A stretch of 60,487 nucleotides of DNA, the filler included. It is 6 parts of 6 records of this genome, joined end to end, with 100 filler letters (N's around TTAATTAATTAA, not from the genome) between each part and the next. Parts side by side here need not be neighbours in the genome. Positions count along the whole stretch, not along the records: positions 1 to 23,965 come from DRR723986_26517; positions 24,066 to 30,091 come from DRR723986_26549; positions 30,192 to 36,479 come from DRR723986_26568; 3 more parts are not named here. One strand, 5' to 3'. The translations under genes were made by a program, and so were the position numbers. Positions 22,301 through 30,987 of this stretch are shown here, piece by piece (position 1 is the first letter of the stretch; each line of letters begins with the position of its first letter). Below the pieces are notes generated by a model. That model saw only the letters and a list, made by a program, of their open reading frames with translations, had not been told where the DNA came from and did not search any database.

Positions 22301-23738
22301 AGGAATTAAACCTGAGAAGCAGGCTAAGATCTTTGAAGCATTTTCTCAGGAAGACAGTTCTACGACCAAAAAATATGGAGGTACAGGCCTTGGATTGACT
22401 ATTTCTAACAGTCTTCTCAGGCTGATGGATAGTCAATTACAACTTGTGAGTGAGCCAGGGAAAGGGAGTATATTCTTCTTTGATGTCACCTTGAAAACAG
22501 AAGAAGGAGATGCCATCGATTGGTTTGATGTAGAGAAGATTACTAATGTGCTTATCGTTGATGATAATGAAAATAATCGATTGATTGTTAGGCAAATGTT
22601 ATTGCTGAAAAACATTCAATCTATTGAAGCCTCCAATGGATTTGAAGCCTTGCAAGCTTTAGCGACAGGAGAAAAATTTGATGTGATTTTAATGGATTAC
22701 CATATGCCATTTATGGATGGACTGGAGACTATCCGTAAGATAAGGGAGACTTTTGCTTCATGGGGATCTGAAGAGCCCATTATGCTGCTTCATAGTTCAT
22801 CTGATGATCATAAAATCATAGAAACCTGTAAGGAACTTCATGTTCATCATCGATTGATCAAGCCTATCAAGATTCAGGAATTTTATCAAGCTTTATCCAA
22901 GCTTTATAAATTCGAGGCTAGTAAGGAAGTAGAAGCGCCGGAGGCAGTAGATAATACATTGAAAGATTTCACGGTACTTATTGCTGAAGATAACTTGGTA
23001 AATATGCTTTTGGCGAAAACAATCATAAAAAAGATTTCGCCTACAGCCACTATTATAGCAGTTAATAACGGATTGGAAGCTTTGGAATATTGTAAAAAAC
23101 AATTTCCAGACATTATCCTTATGGATGTTCAAATGCCAGTAATGAATGGCTATGAAGCTACCAAGAATATAAGATTGCTAGAGAAAGATTCTCGTGTTCC
23201 CATCATTGCCTTTACTGCAGGTAATGTGAAAGGGGAGAGGGAGAAATGTCTTCTTGCAGGGATGGACGATTTTGTAGTGAAGCCAGTAGTTGAGGAAATT
23301 GTAAAAATGGTTCTCAATAAATGGTTAGATAAAAGTGATGCTAGTATAAATTCCTCTGAAGAAAAAAGCTTAACTGAAGTAAATAAGCATTATAACCCTG
23401 AGAAACTCCGAAATTACACTTCGGATGATCAGGAATTTTTAGCAAGCATAAAGCTACTTGTTAATTCTGAACTGAAAGATTCGCTGAAAACTATTCAGGA
23501 GATGATTGCGGCTAAGGATATCACCTCGCTAAATGAGGCTGGTCACAAGCTCTACGGAACAGCAATTTCGGCTGGGATGGAGGTTTTGTCTGAAATTGGA
23601 AATGAACTAGAGCATATGGAAGAGATTGACTCAGATCGTTTGAAAAAAATGTCACTGCAGCTAAAGGAAGAAATTGATTTAGTGTTGGAGATGATGGATG
23701 CAGAAAAAAATATCAGTGCTGGTGATTTCACAAATTGA
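19362..23738 (+). CDS. Soluble hybrid histidine kinase: GAF-5xPAS-HisKA-HATPase-REC-REC-HPt (alternative GTG start 19332)
   Basis: FLANMSHEIRTPLNG H-box, NLLGNASKFT, DTGIG, GGTGLGL, two receiver domains (MDYHMP, MDVQMP), AGHKLYG HPt. Confidence 0.92.
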   Translation: MNNNSKKGYNKSNQLTVHSYQNLDPVQDVSLYRICQLSAIVTGASQALILIEGTGLLGFKAETGISIENRELTTFFKNQTLESNTLVSCTDVSESSLSDDLRKAFESHNINSYVGLPLISDKDGWVGCLFIFDSAAIHLDTKTKTALELLASEAVIIIQERQLIADFSNVEKLFNLSNDLVCIAGTDGFFKKINPSFTSLLGWDNETLLTRSFFELIHPEDIAKSKEELEKLASGESSIEFSHRFLCKDGTYKVLSWVSTPDPLTGNVFSIARDTTDSQAKEQQLAKSEGRLRAFFENSQGLMCTHNLKGVFISVNEAGAQKIGYSADELIGKSLYDIVPSYRHELIDQYLFVVQKEGKASGQMITQHKDGSELIWLFNNVLETDQFGVGDYVIGNAIDITKRVKLEEELSHARKLLEETGKVARVGGWNLDIKEQTLSWTPTTKLIHEVEEDFEPDVKTGINFYKEGESRDTITAALHRAMTMGEPWDLELQLVTSKGNELWVRAIGQAEFEKGECIRIFGTFQDIDESKRAQIDLEQTRKVLDDVINASSEVCVIATDMAGFITVFNVGAEKMLGYSAKEMVGKEKPSLLYKQEEVEAFKAELELDFAREINPREIFTARADRDGVEQRDWTFVTKTGEEKVVSLVVSPMKDLDGKSIGYLGIAIDITEKSKIENDLITEKSRLNAFVKHTPAAVAMLDKDLIYIAASNQWKKDYYLKGKDIEGKYHYDLFPQIDSAGRARDQRVLNGAVERKEEDVIRMPGDTEDRYVTWEMRPWYLHDGQVGGIMLFTQDITNLVNQREELKKAKIQAEEASVAKSEFLANMSHEIRTPLNGVIGFTDLVLKTNLNETQHQYLSIVNQSGNALLSIINDILDFSKIEAGRLELDIEKCDLYEISSQATDIITYQIQNKGLEMLLNVATDLPRFVHTDSVRLKQILVNLLGNASKFTEKGEIELKIEILESEGEYYRMRFAVRDTGIGIKPEKQAKIFEAFSQEDSSTTKKYGGTGLGLTISNSLLRLMDSQLQLVSEPGKGSIFFFDVTLKTEEGDAIDWFDVEKITNVLIVDDNENNRLIVRQMLLLKNIQSIEASNGFEALQALATGEKFDVILMDYHMPFMDGLETIRKIRETFASWGSEEPIMLLHSSSDDHKIIETCKELHVHHRLIKPIKIQEFYQALSKLYKFEASKEVEAPEAVDNTLKDFTVLIAEDNLVNMLLAKTIIKKISPTATIIAVNNGLEALEYCKKQFPDIILMDVQMPVMNGYEATKNIRLLEKDSRVPIIAFTAGNVKGEREKCLLAGMDDFVVKPVVEEIVKMVLNKWLDKSDASINSSEEKSLTEVNKHYNPEKLRNYTSDDQEFLASIKLLVNSELKDSLKTIQEMIAAKDITSLNEAGHKLYGTAISAGMEVLSEIGNELEHMEEIDSDRLKKMSLQLKEEIDLVLEMMDAEKNISAGDFTN

Positions 23739-23844
23739 TGGTATTGACACTTAGAAAAAGTCAAAAGGAGTAAGGAGTCAAGAAAAAATATCTCCTTGAA
23801 AAAGAACTTCATACAAAATAATCGTGCAAATTTTCTGGTCTACT

Positions 23845-23875
23845 TTTGTATTAACGAATCTAAAACATACCTTTG
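23845..23875 (+). promoter_or_regulatory. Bacteroidota sigma-A promoter for the tRNA
   Basis: TTTG (23845-48), 19-nt spacer, TACCTTTG (23868-75) matches TTTG-N19-21-TAnnTTTG. Confidence 0.75.
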
Positions 23876-23935
23876 CATCACTCAAAAACGGGGTAGTTGT
23901 TGAGAAATCGAAATAGCCTCAGGATTGCAGTAAAC

Positions 23936-23965
23936 GGAGTGGTAGTTCAGCTGGTTAGAATGCCT
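23936..23965 (+). tRNA. 5' part of a tRNA, most likely tRNA-Asp (truncated by contig end before the anticodon)
   Basis: GGAGTGGTAGTTCAGCTGGTTAGAATGCCT: acceptor 5' strand and D-arm typical of tRNA-Asp. Confidence 0.8.
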
Positions 23966-24065
23966 NNNNNNNNNNNNNNNNNNNNNNNNNNNNNNNNNNN
24001 NNNNNNNNNTTAATTAATTAANNNNNNNNNNNNNNNNNNNNNNNNNNNNNNNNNNNNNNNNNNNN
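23966..24065. other. Artificial contig spacer
   Basis: 100 nt of N with central TTAATTAATTAA. Confidence 0.98.
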
Positions 24066-24421
24066 TCCGCCACTGATTGCAACCGCTTCTGATTGCTCTG
24101 ACTTGCGTTGCGCGATGGTTTACTGCAACGTGGAATACAAAGCCAAATCACGACCAACTTCAACAGCCAAGCTTGGCAACACACTTTAAGCTGGCAACGC
24201 TTTTCCCACTTAACCCACGCTTTGCTTGAACTGACCGAGGGCGGTTTTCGAGGGCGCTCAGCGTTGGCTGCATCGGCGGTAAGTCACCGGTTCAGAATTC
24301 GGCCACGAGCTATCCCCCTCCGTCGGTCCAATTTTGTTGGCAACTCGCATCGGCGTCAGCCACCCTGGATTATTTCCGGTATTCCGGAGCTGGCCTTCGC
24401 GAACGACTCAGCGACTCGATC

Positions 24422-25864
24422 TCAAATGTAGAACTTGAACTGCGGCAACGGCATGACGCTAATCGGGATTTCACGCATCACATTGCTTACAGCCCGGGAA
24501 AACTTCAAAGTGATGGGTTCTGCGGCGGCAAAGAACGCCGAGTTCCAATTCAGCTTCGACAAGGCGAGTATCTCGGAACAAATTTGCTCCATCGAAGCAT
24601 CGCCGTAATGATCGGCGATTTGGAGAGGCGACGGCACATGACCGTGAGGGAATGCTCGCATCGTCGGGATGTATCCCGTCGAATAGAGATACGTAATGTC
24701 ACCAACCGAAAACTGGGTTCCCCGGAGTACCGGATACGATGCCTGTCGCAACAGCCGAACTCGGTCGTTCGACCAAACTGATACAAGATCAAACTCAGGT
24801 ACGTTACTCACTGCACGCTGAAACCCCAACCGTTCACCGGGCCAGTATCGGGAGCTTTTGTGAATGACCACACGACGCGGCGTCTGCTTCGTTTCATCGC
24901 GATAGCGTTTGAGTGCTTCTGCGATAAGTTGCCTCGCTTGCTTTTCGTCCAGATGGGGACTCTTACCCATTTCGGACTGATCCCACTGGAAGTCCTTGCC
25001 ACGAAGAACAATGCCTTCCCCGCTGTCGTCGAAGGCTTGAGCAACGCTCGTTTGCATTGTCCCAGCTTCGCTGCCCAGCGGAGGAAAGAAGCTGACGCCG
25101 ATGTAGAGCGTGCCATTTGATTTCAACTTAGGCCCCCAAGGCGTCCCGCCCGCCTTGTAATGCAGCCCAGTAAAGAAGTTCCATGCACACCGTGCTTTGT
25201 GGTCGACGTTTCGCGATTTCGGAGTCGCCTCGCTAGTTCGTTGCAAAAGAATTTGCGTTGGGATGCGGTATCGCATCGACTCAGCCTTCATTGCGCGACG
25301 GAAATCGCGATGCATCAAGCCAAGATTCGGGTCACGGTAGTCTACGGTTCTACAATGCTCTAACAGTTCATCCGGCAGCGCTAACACTATGACTTGCGGC
25401 TCAGACTCCTTCTCAGAAAGCAGCCGGATTTTGTCTGACACCAATTCGACTGACGCTTCAAACCTGTGGCGAAGAGATTTGATTCCCGCGATCGCCGCAA
25501 TCTCGTTCTTGGTTACCGTTTCTCGCCAACCAGTGTCCATGATCGGGCGAGTGTAGAAGCCACGGTCTTCACGATAGCCGGGGAAATCCATGTTCACGCC
25601 ATCGCCGGATACGCCAGCGGAACAGTCATCAATCCAACTTTCCGCCGACGCAATGGAATGTCCGCTTCCGATAAATCCAATCCGCACTGAAGCAGGATGC
25701 CGTGAGTCTGATTCAACAAAACGAGGCCCGTAAAGAGAAATCCCTGCTTGTGGAGACACATGCTCCCTTCCGCAACCGAATACCAGCAAGGGTTCCTCGT
25801 GGTAACGGCACGTGACGCGAGGCAACACCAGTTCGTCACTGGCGGTTTGTAAGCTACTCGTCAT
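24422..25864 (-). CDS. Short prokaryotic Argonaute (MID-PIWI only), catalytically inactive
   Basis: EEPLLVFG...GISLYGP start; MID motifs DFRRAMKAE, IPTQIL, WNFFTGLHYKAGG; PIWI LYIGVSFF, VVIHKSS, LSKLNWN, EPITLKFS; C-terminal KFYI; no N or PAZ domain; tetrad aspartates absent. Confidence 0.93.
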   Translation of the reverse strand: MTSSLQTASDELVLPRVTCRYHEEPLLVFGCGREHVSPQAGISLYGPRFVESDSRHPASVRIGFIGSGHSIASAESWIDDCSAGVSGDGVNMDFPGYREDRGFYTRPIMDTGWRETVTKNEIAAIAGIKSLRHRFEASVELVSDKIRLLSEKESEPQVIVLALPDELLEHCRTVDYRDPNLGLMHRDFRRAMKAESMRYRIPTQILLQRTSEATPKSRNVDHKARCAWNFFTGLHYKAGGTPWGPKLKSNGTLYIGVSFFPPLGSEAGTMQTSVAQAFDDSGEGIVLRGKDFQWDQSEMGKSPHLDEKQARQLIAEALKRYRDETKQTPRRVVIHKSSRYWPGERLGFQRAVSNVPEFDLVSVWSNDRVRLLRQASYPVLRGTQFSVGDITYLYSTGYIPTMRAFPHGHVPSPLQIADHYGDASMEQICSEILALSKLNWNSAFFAAAEPITLKFSRAVSNVMREIPISVMPLPQFKFYI

Positions 25865-27131
25865 CTTTCAATTCTACCCTTCCGTAATCCAAGACTTGCA
25901 AATACGCCGAGGCAGAGAAAAGGTCGTCCTCGTAATCGATGGCTTTTTCTTTTGGCATGTCGTCGAAGACTCCCGGCCAGTCAATGGTTGGCTGGATTAA
26001 TCCCGTTGGAACGACAATCGATTGGTTTCCAAGATCGAAAATGATTCGGGGGTTGCCATCGCTTAAAAAGTCTCGCCAGAAGTGGACTTCCTTGTGTACG
26101 TCGACGTTGTACATCCTTGACTTGCGGCTGGTGGCCTTTTTCGTTGTTCGTTTAGGCGACAGCGGTATGCTTCCATCTTTCGTGAAGCGACGCTCAGGAC
26201 GAATGGACAAACACCAGCTAGCGGTATCAACTCGTTCAAATCTCAGGCCAACCGCAAGATGTTCCCAGAACCCTTTTCCTTCGCCGGTCTTCTTCGTTAT
26301 CGGTTCGCGAGCAACGCTCAAAGTCGACTTACGTCCCGTCATCGTGAAGTAGACAATTTTACGTTCTTGGTCGACATCCTTGGGTGGGAAGTAATAACGC
26401 TTGTGCTTCCTATCGAGCATCAACCCGTGTCTGCCAGTAAGCTTGTTCAAAGACCGATTGAGAAGGTCTGAGTACCAGCGAAGCTTGTCAGGATCGGGCC
26501 ACCACGTTTCAAACGCGTCCTCCTCGTCAAAGCCGTTTAGGTCAACGAATTCGTCGAACGGACTATCGTCGCGAGACAAATCGAAGAACGCATACAGCCT
26601 CTTTCCCCGAATAATGAACGGCAGCATCATGCCAGAACTCGGTGCGTGCCCCATGTTCTTGGCGACCGTTGTTTCCTTGGACGTGCAGGGAGCTGAATAG
26701 ACAACGCGAGGCATGCGCTCGACCGAAAGCAACGTGCTTGCGACTGTCTCCGTTGTAGTCTCGCATGGCTCATGCAAGCACTTGAATCGGTCTTCGTAGC
26801 TTAGACTCGCATCGACCCATCGTTCATGATCTGTCTTGGTCTGAACCAGTTTGTTGACTGGGTACTTGGCGATCTGACGATCAATTATCGTGTGGTGCTT
26901 GGTGCAGAGCAGTATCAGGTTGTCATAGCCATCGATATCGCCACCGGGAATTGGGTTGTCGCGTCGTGGCCCATCGTCGCGTTGCCCGACGATATGTGCC
27001 ATCTCGCCAAGAAGCACATCCGGGTCGTCCTCGGTGGATTCTTCATACAGTTTGCACCTGCAATCCGGAAACGCACACCGAGAACCGGAACGAGTCCACA
27101 GAATGAACTTCGTGCGGGCGGTAATAGACAT
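25854..27131 (-). CDS. HNH endonuclease-APAZ fusion, predicted effector partner of the short pAgo (start revised to ATG 27131)
   Basis: GGAGAAG RBS before ATG 27131; N-terminal RCAFPDC...GEMAHI...GPR...YDNLILLCTKHHTIID HNH; C-terminal APAZ-like LLNRSL, RYYFPP, FWEHLAVGLRF, LSIRP..RFTKDG, MYN...VHFWRDFL; overlaps the pAgo start by 11 nt. Confidence 0.85.
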   Translation of the reverse strand: MSITARTKFILWTRSGSRCAFPDCRCKLYEESTEDDPDVLLGEMAHIVGQRDDGPRRDNPIPGGDIDGYDNLILLCTKHHTIIDRQIAKYPVNKLVQTKTDHERWVDASLSYEDRFKCLHEPCETTTETVASTLLSVERMPRVVYSAPCTSKETTVAKNMGHAPSSGMMLPFIIRGKRLYAFFDLSRDDSPFDEFVDLNGFDEEDAFETWWPDPDKLRWYSDLLNRSLNKLTGRHGLMLDRKHKRYYFPPKDVDQERKIVYFTMTGRKSTLSVAREPITKKTGEGKGFWEHLAVGLRFERVDTASWCLSIRPERRFTKDGSIPLSPKRTTKKATSRKSRMYNVDVHKEVHFWRDFLSDGNPRIIFDLGNQSIVVPTGLIQPTIDWPGVFDDMPKEKAIDYEDDLFSASAYLQVLDYGRVELKDDE

Positions 27132-27301
27132 CGCTTCTCCGTTGCTAAAGGCGGAATCAATCCATCGAGCCGGTTTCGCCAATTATCGCGTAGAAACAAT
27201 CAGAGGCGAGCCAAGAATACTGCAATCTTCCCGGGTATTTCCCAGCCGATCAGCGGATACAATCTCGGTTTTTCCAAGGTTATCCATCGGCAACCTGCAA
27301 G

Positions 27302-30091
27302 ATGCAGTCACTTCCACTCTTCAAAGACGAATACCTTTTCTCGCACTGGCAAGATGAGTTTCAAGACTTCAAAGAGAGTGGCGATGCGCAACTACTCGAA
27401 ACACTCAAAGACTGGGATGGTCGCGACAAGTCACTGACAGAGCGCCAGCTTGACGGACTGTTCGTCACGAAAATATTTAGAGATATCTGGGGATACTGGG
27501 GCACAGGATCGCAAGGAGCAGCCGTCGGCTACACCTTGCTCCCGGATTATTCGGTGCCCGGAGCGGGGCAAGGTGGAGGAACTGGCAAAGCCGATTTGGC
27601 ACTCGCAAACTTCGGAAATCCCGATTTTTCCGACATTCCTCAGGCTCTCTGCGAATTCAAAGACATCAATTCCGGCTTGGATTCACCGCAAAAGCGGAAA
27701 GGGAACAGTCGCTCGCCGGTGAAGCAGTGTCTCGATTACCTCAAGCATTCGTTTGATGCGGTTTCGACCAACCCGCAGGTCACACCGACATGGGGAATCG
27801 TCACAGATATGAATGAGTTCCGGCTCTACTGCCGGAAGGAGGGCGACGCACGCTGTCAACGATTCGTCATTTCATCCAATAGTGCGGATGGCATTTCACT
27901 ATTGGATGAAACACCCCAAGCGGCAGAACAACGATTCCTGTTTCAGAAGTTGTTCAACCGAGAGTTGCTATTAGCTACGCACGGCAGCAGTGAACTCGAA
28001 AAACTTTTGGGTCGTCAATGGACACTTGAGAAAGCTCTCGAAAAGAATTTCTATTTCGAGTACCAAGCTTATCGGCAGCAGGTGTACGAGTCGATTCTGG
28101 AGGCTAACCCTGACTTCACGGGCACGCGAGGAGAACTGGTGCGGATGACGCAGCGATTTCTTGACCGCTGCATTTTCTTGTTGTTCTGCGAGGACATGGG
28201 AAAGGCATTGAGTTTCCCAACAGACTTGCTTCGGGACATTCTGATTCGAGAAAGCAATTCAGAAACCTTCTCACCTGACTTTGACAACATCTGGGCGCTC
28301 GTCAAACAGCTATTCAAGACAATGCATGACGGTGGAGTGTTCCCTCCTAACCATCAGATTCATCGGTTCAATGGCGGTCTATTCGACAGACTGGAGCAGC
28401 TTGAAAATCTACGGATTCCAAACCGTGTGTTTTGCACAAAGGGCCAAGGCGAGAGCAAGGAGAAACTCGCTGAATTCAAGAATACGCTGCTGTATCTTTC
28501 TGCTACCTACAACTTTGGCGCGATATCGGCGGGTGAACGCGAGCGGACGATTACCCTATACGCACTTGGTCGAATTTTTGAGCAGTCGATCACCGACCTT
28601 GAGTACATGCACGCCGAGGCCGATGGCGTTCCGACCGTTGCAAAACTGTCGAAGCGGCGACGTGACGGAGTTTATTACACACCGGAATGGGTAACTCACT
28701 TCATCGTGCAAGAAGTCATTGGAAGACGCCTAGATGAAGAACGTGATGCACTTGGGTTAGAGTTTGGCATAGAGTTCAAACCTGAGGACATCGCGAAGTA
28801 CGCGCGTGCTCGAAGAAAGCCAAGAACCAACCCCGTGACACAGCACATCCAGAAGCTTGATTCGTTTCAATCCTTTTTGGATGGCATCACAGTTCTCGAT
28901 CCAGCTTGTGGTAGTGGTGCGTTTCTTATTCAAGCTCTGCAATACCTTCAACAAAGGCAACGTGACATCGCGATTGAACGTGAACGCGTGACGGGAGCGA
29001 TCTCACTCTTCGACCAAGACGCGATTATTCGCAGCATCTTGGCGAACAATTTGTATGGGGTGGACATCAATCCCGAGTCTGTAGAAATAACACAGTTGGC
29101 ACTTTGGCTAAACACAGCGGCTCCCGGTAAGCCGCTTACAACCTTGGATCAAAACATCCGCTGCGGCAACTCTTTGGTCGGCAGCGATTTCGAGAGGTTT
29201 TACGACAACAAACACAAGCAACAAAAGCTGCTTTTCGACCAAGCCGATGCTGGCGAACGTGAGAAGGTCAATGTCTTCGACTGGGCTGCTGCTTTCCCTG
29301 ACGTGCTTGGGCCGGATGTGGAGGAGTCGCAACGTGGATTTGATTGTGTCATTGGCAATCCGCCATACGTCAAGTTGCAGCACTTCAAGAAGGTCGTTCC
29401 GGATGTTGCGGACTATTTGTCGAAGGGTACGACTGAAGTTGAGATTCCCGACACAGATGAAACAGTTAAGCAGCGAGTCTACGAGAGCACCAAGTCGAAG
29501 AACTACGATCTGTATTTGCCTTTCATCGAGCGTGGGATGTCGCTCCTGAATCAGCAAGGGTGTCTCGGCTACATCGCGCCGAGCGTTTGGCTGCTCAACG
29601 AGTATGGCGTTGGCTTGAAAACGCAACTGCTGAAATCGCGCGGACTCACGCGATGGATTGACTTCAAGGACTTCCCTGTTTTTGATGAAGCCATGACCTA
29701 CACGGCTTTGCAATTCTATCGTGGGAAGCCGAGCGACTCGATTGCATTTTCCGCAGCTCGCGATGGTCAACTTGCGACCATCAAAACCGAAGGACATATC
29801 GACTACGCGACACTTGACGCCGATGAAACATGGGTATTTCTGCCAGATAGAGAACGTGAACTGATTGACCGGCTTAGCGAAGAAAACACACGGTTGGACA
29901 CAATCGAGTGTGTCAATGGAATCACCGTCGGAATTCAGACGAGCGCGGACTACGTATTTCATCTCGAAAGGCTTGGAGCAAACAAGTACAAGCACGACCC
30001 GCCGAAAGGAGAATCCGAGGAAGTAGTCATTGAAGATGCCATAATGAAACCACTGTTATCGGGTGGAGTGCCTACCTTTTTCTGGTCCATG
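27302..30091 (+). CDS. Type IIG (Eco57I-like) fused restriction endonuclease/N6-adenine methyltransferase, 3' truncated
   Basis: ADL...CEFK PD-(D/E)xK-like nuclease, RFNGGLF, GVYYTPEW, motif I VLDPACGSGAFL, motif IV IGNPPY. Confidence 0.9.
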
Positions 30092-30191
30092 NNNNNNNNN
30101 NNNNNNNNNNNNNNNNNNNNNNNNNNNNNNNNNNNTTAATTAATTAANNNNNNNNNNNNNNNNNNNNNNNNNNNNNNNNNNNNNNNNNNNN
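30092..30191. other. Artificial contig spacer
   Basis: 100 nt of N with TTAATTAATTAA. Confidence 0.98.
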
Positions 30192-30857
30192 GCAATACCA
30201 GTCGTAGAAGCTCATGCAGACGCCACCGATCATGGACAGGTAACGGCTGCCCGCGGCGTAGGAGACCATGGACATTGCAGGAATCGGAGAGAAACCGATG
30301 ATACGGTCCGGGCCGAACTTCTTGGCAGTGTAGACGTTAGAGGCGGCAATCAGCTCGTTGACTTCGTCCCAGCTGGAACGGACAAAACCGCCCATACCAC
30401 GGCGAGGCTTGTACTCGGCGGTCTTGGCGGGATCTTCAACGATAGAGGCCCAGGCTTCCACCGGGTCATTGAACTGGATACGGGCAGCACGCCAGAGCTT
30501 CATCAGGCTCTTGCGCATCAGCGGGTATTTCAGGCGATTGGCACTGTACATGTACCAGGAGTAGCTGGCGCCACGAGGGCAACCACGGGGCTCGTGGTTG
30601 GGCAGATCCGGGCGGGTGCGGGGATAATCGGTTTGCTGGGTTTCCCAGGTAACCAGCCCGTTCTTCACGTAGATTTTCCAGCTGCAGGAGCCGGTGCAGT
30701 TCACGCCATGGGTGGAGCGCACGATCTTGTCATGCTGCCAGCGCTGGCGGTAGCTGTTCTCCCAGTCGCGGTTCACTTCGTGGGTTTCACCGTGACCGTT
30801 GGAGAACGATTCGCGGTTCTTCCTGAAGTAGTTCAACTTGTCGATCAAATGACTCAT
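30192..30857 (-). CDS. narG: Respiratory nitrate reductase alpha subunit, N-terminal part (truncated by contig end)
   Basis: MSHLIDKL start at 30857 with [25 protein letters not shown]0 motif, [22 protein letters not shown]. Confidence 0.97.
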
Positions 30858-30910
30858 GGTCTCTCTCTCCATCAACCCGTTTGCCGGATCGTTGTTCCGA
30901 ATGGAGACCA

Positions 30911-30924
30911 TTGTGTGGGATCAA
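30911..30924 (-). promoter_or_regulatory. FNR/Anr-like box upstream of narG
   Basis: TTGAT-CCCA-CACAA on the minus strand vs consensus TTGAT-N4-ATCAA. Confidence 0.6.
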
Positions 30925-30965
30925 ACCCCTGAAATCTGCGTGGTTACTACCACATAACCCGGGTG

Positions 30966-30981
30966 TACCACCCTGTGGGTA
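30966..30981. promoter_or_regulatory. NarL 7-2-7 site
   Basis: TACCACC-CT-GTGGGTA inverted heptamers resembling TACYYMT. Confidence 0.5.
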
Positions 30982-30987
30982 GGCGAC

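Noticed and set aside
24010-24021. TTAATTAATTAA palindrome repeated five times
   Set aside because: Always centred in a 100-nt N block; a synthetic all-frame stop linker
23936-24072. Joining the tRNA-Asp 5' half to TCCGCCA across the spacer, as one tRNA with an island inserted
   Set aside because: TCCGCCA would fit an Asp acceptor end, but it is common to several tRNAs. The spacer is artificial, and the flanking contigs differ strongly in composition and apparent lineage.
24108-24431. 107-aa ORF as a third component of the pAgo system
   Set aside because: Opposite strand, TTG start without a clear RBS, no motif, and it overlaps putative att-flanking sequence
24422-25864. Active slicer or long pAgo
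   Set aside because: 480 aa, no N or PAZ domain, catalytic aspartates replaced
29108-29995. 295-aa antisense ORF, and the many similar antisense or alternate-frame ORFs in the GC-rich blocks (e.g. 39571-40410, 56392-57114)
   Set aside because: Shadows of well-supported genes, with no recognisable motifs
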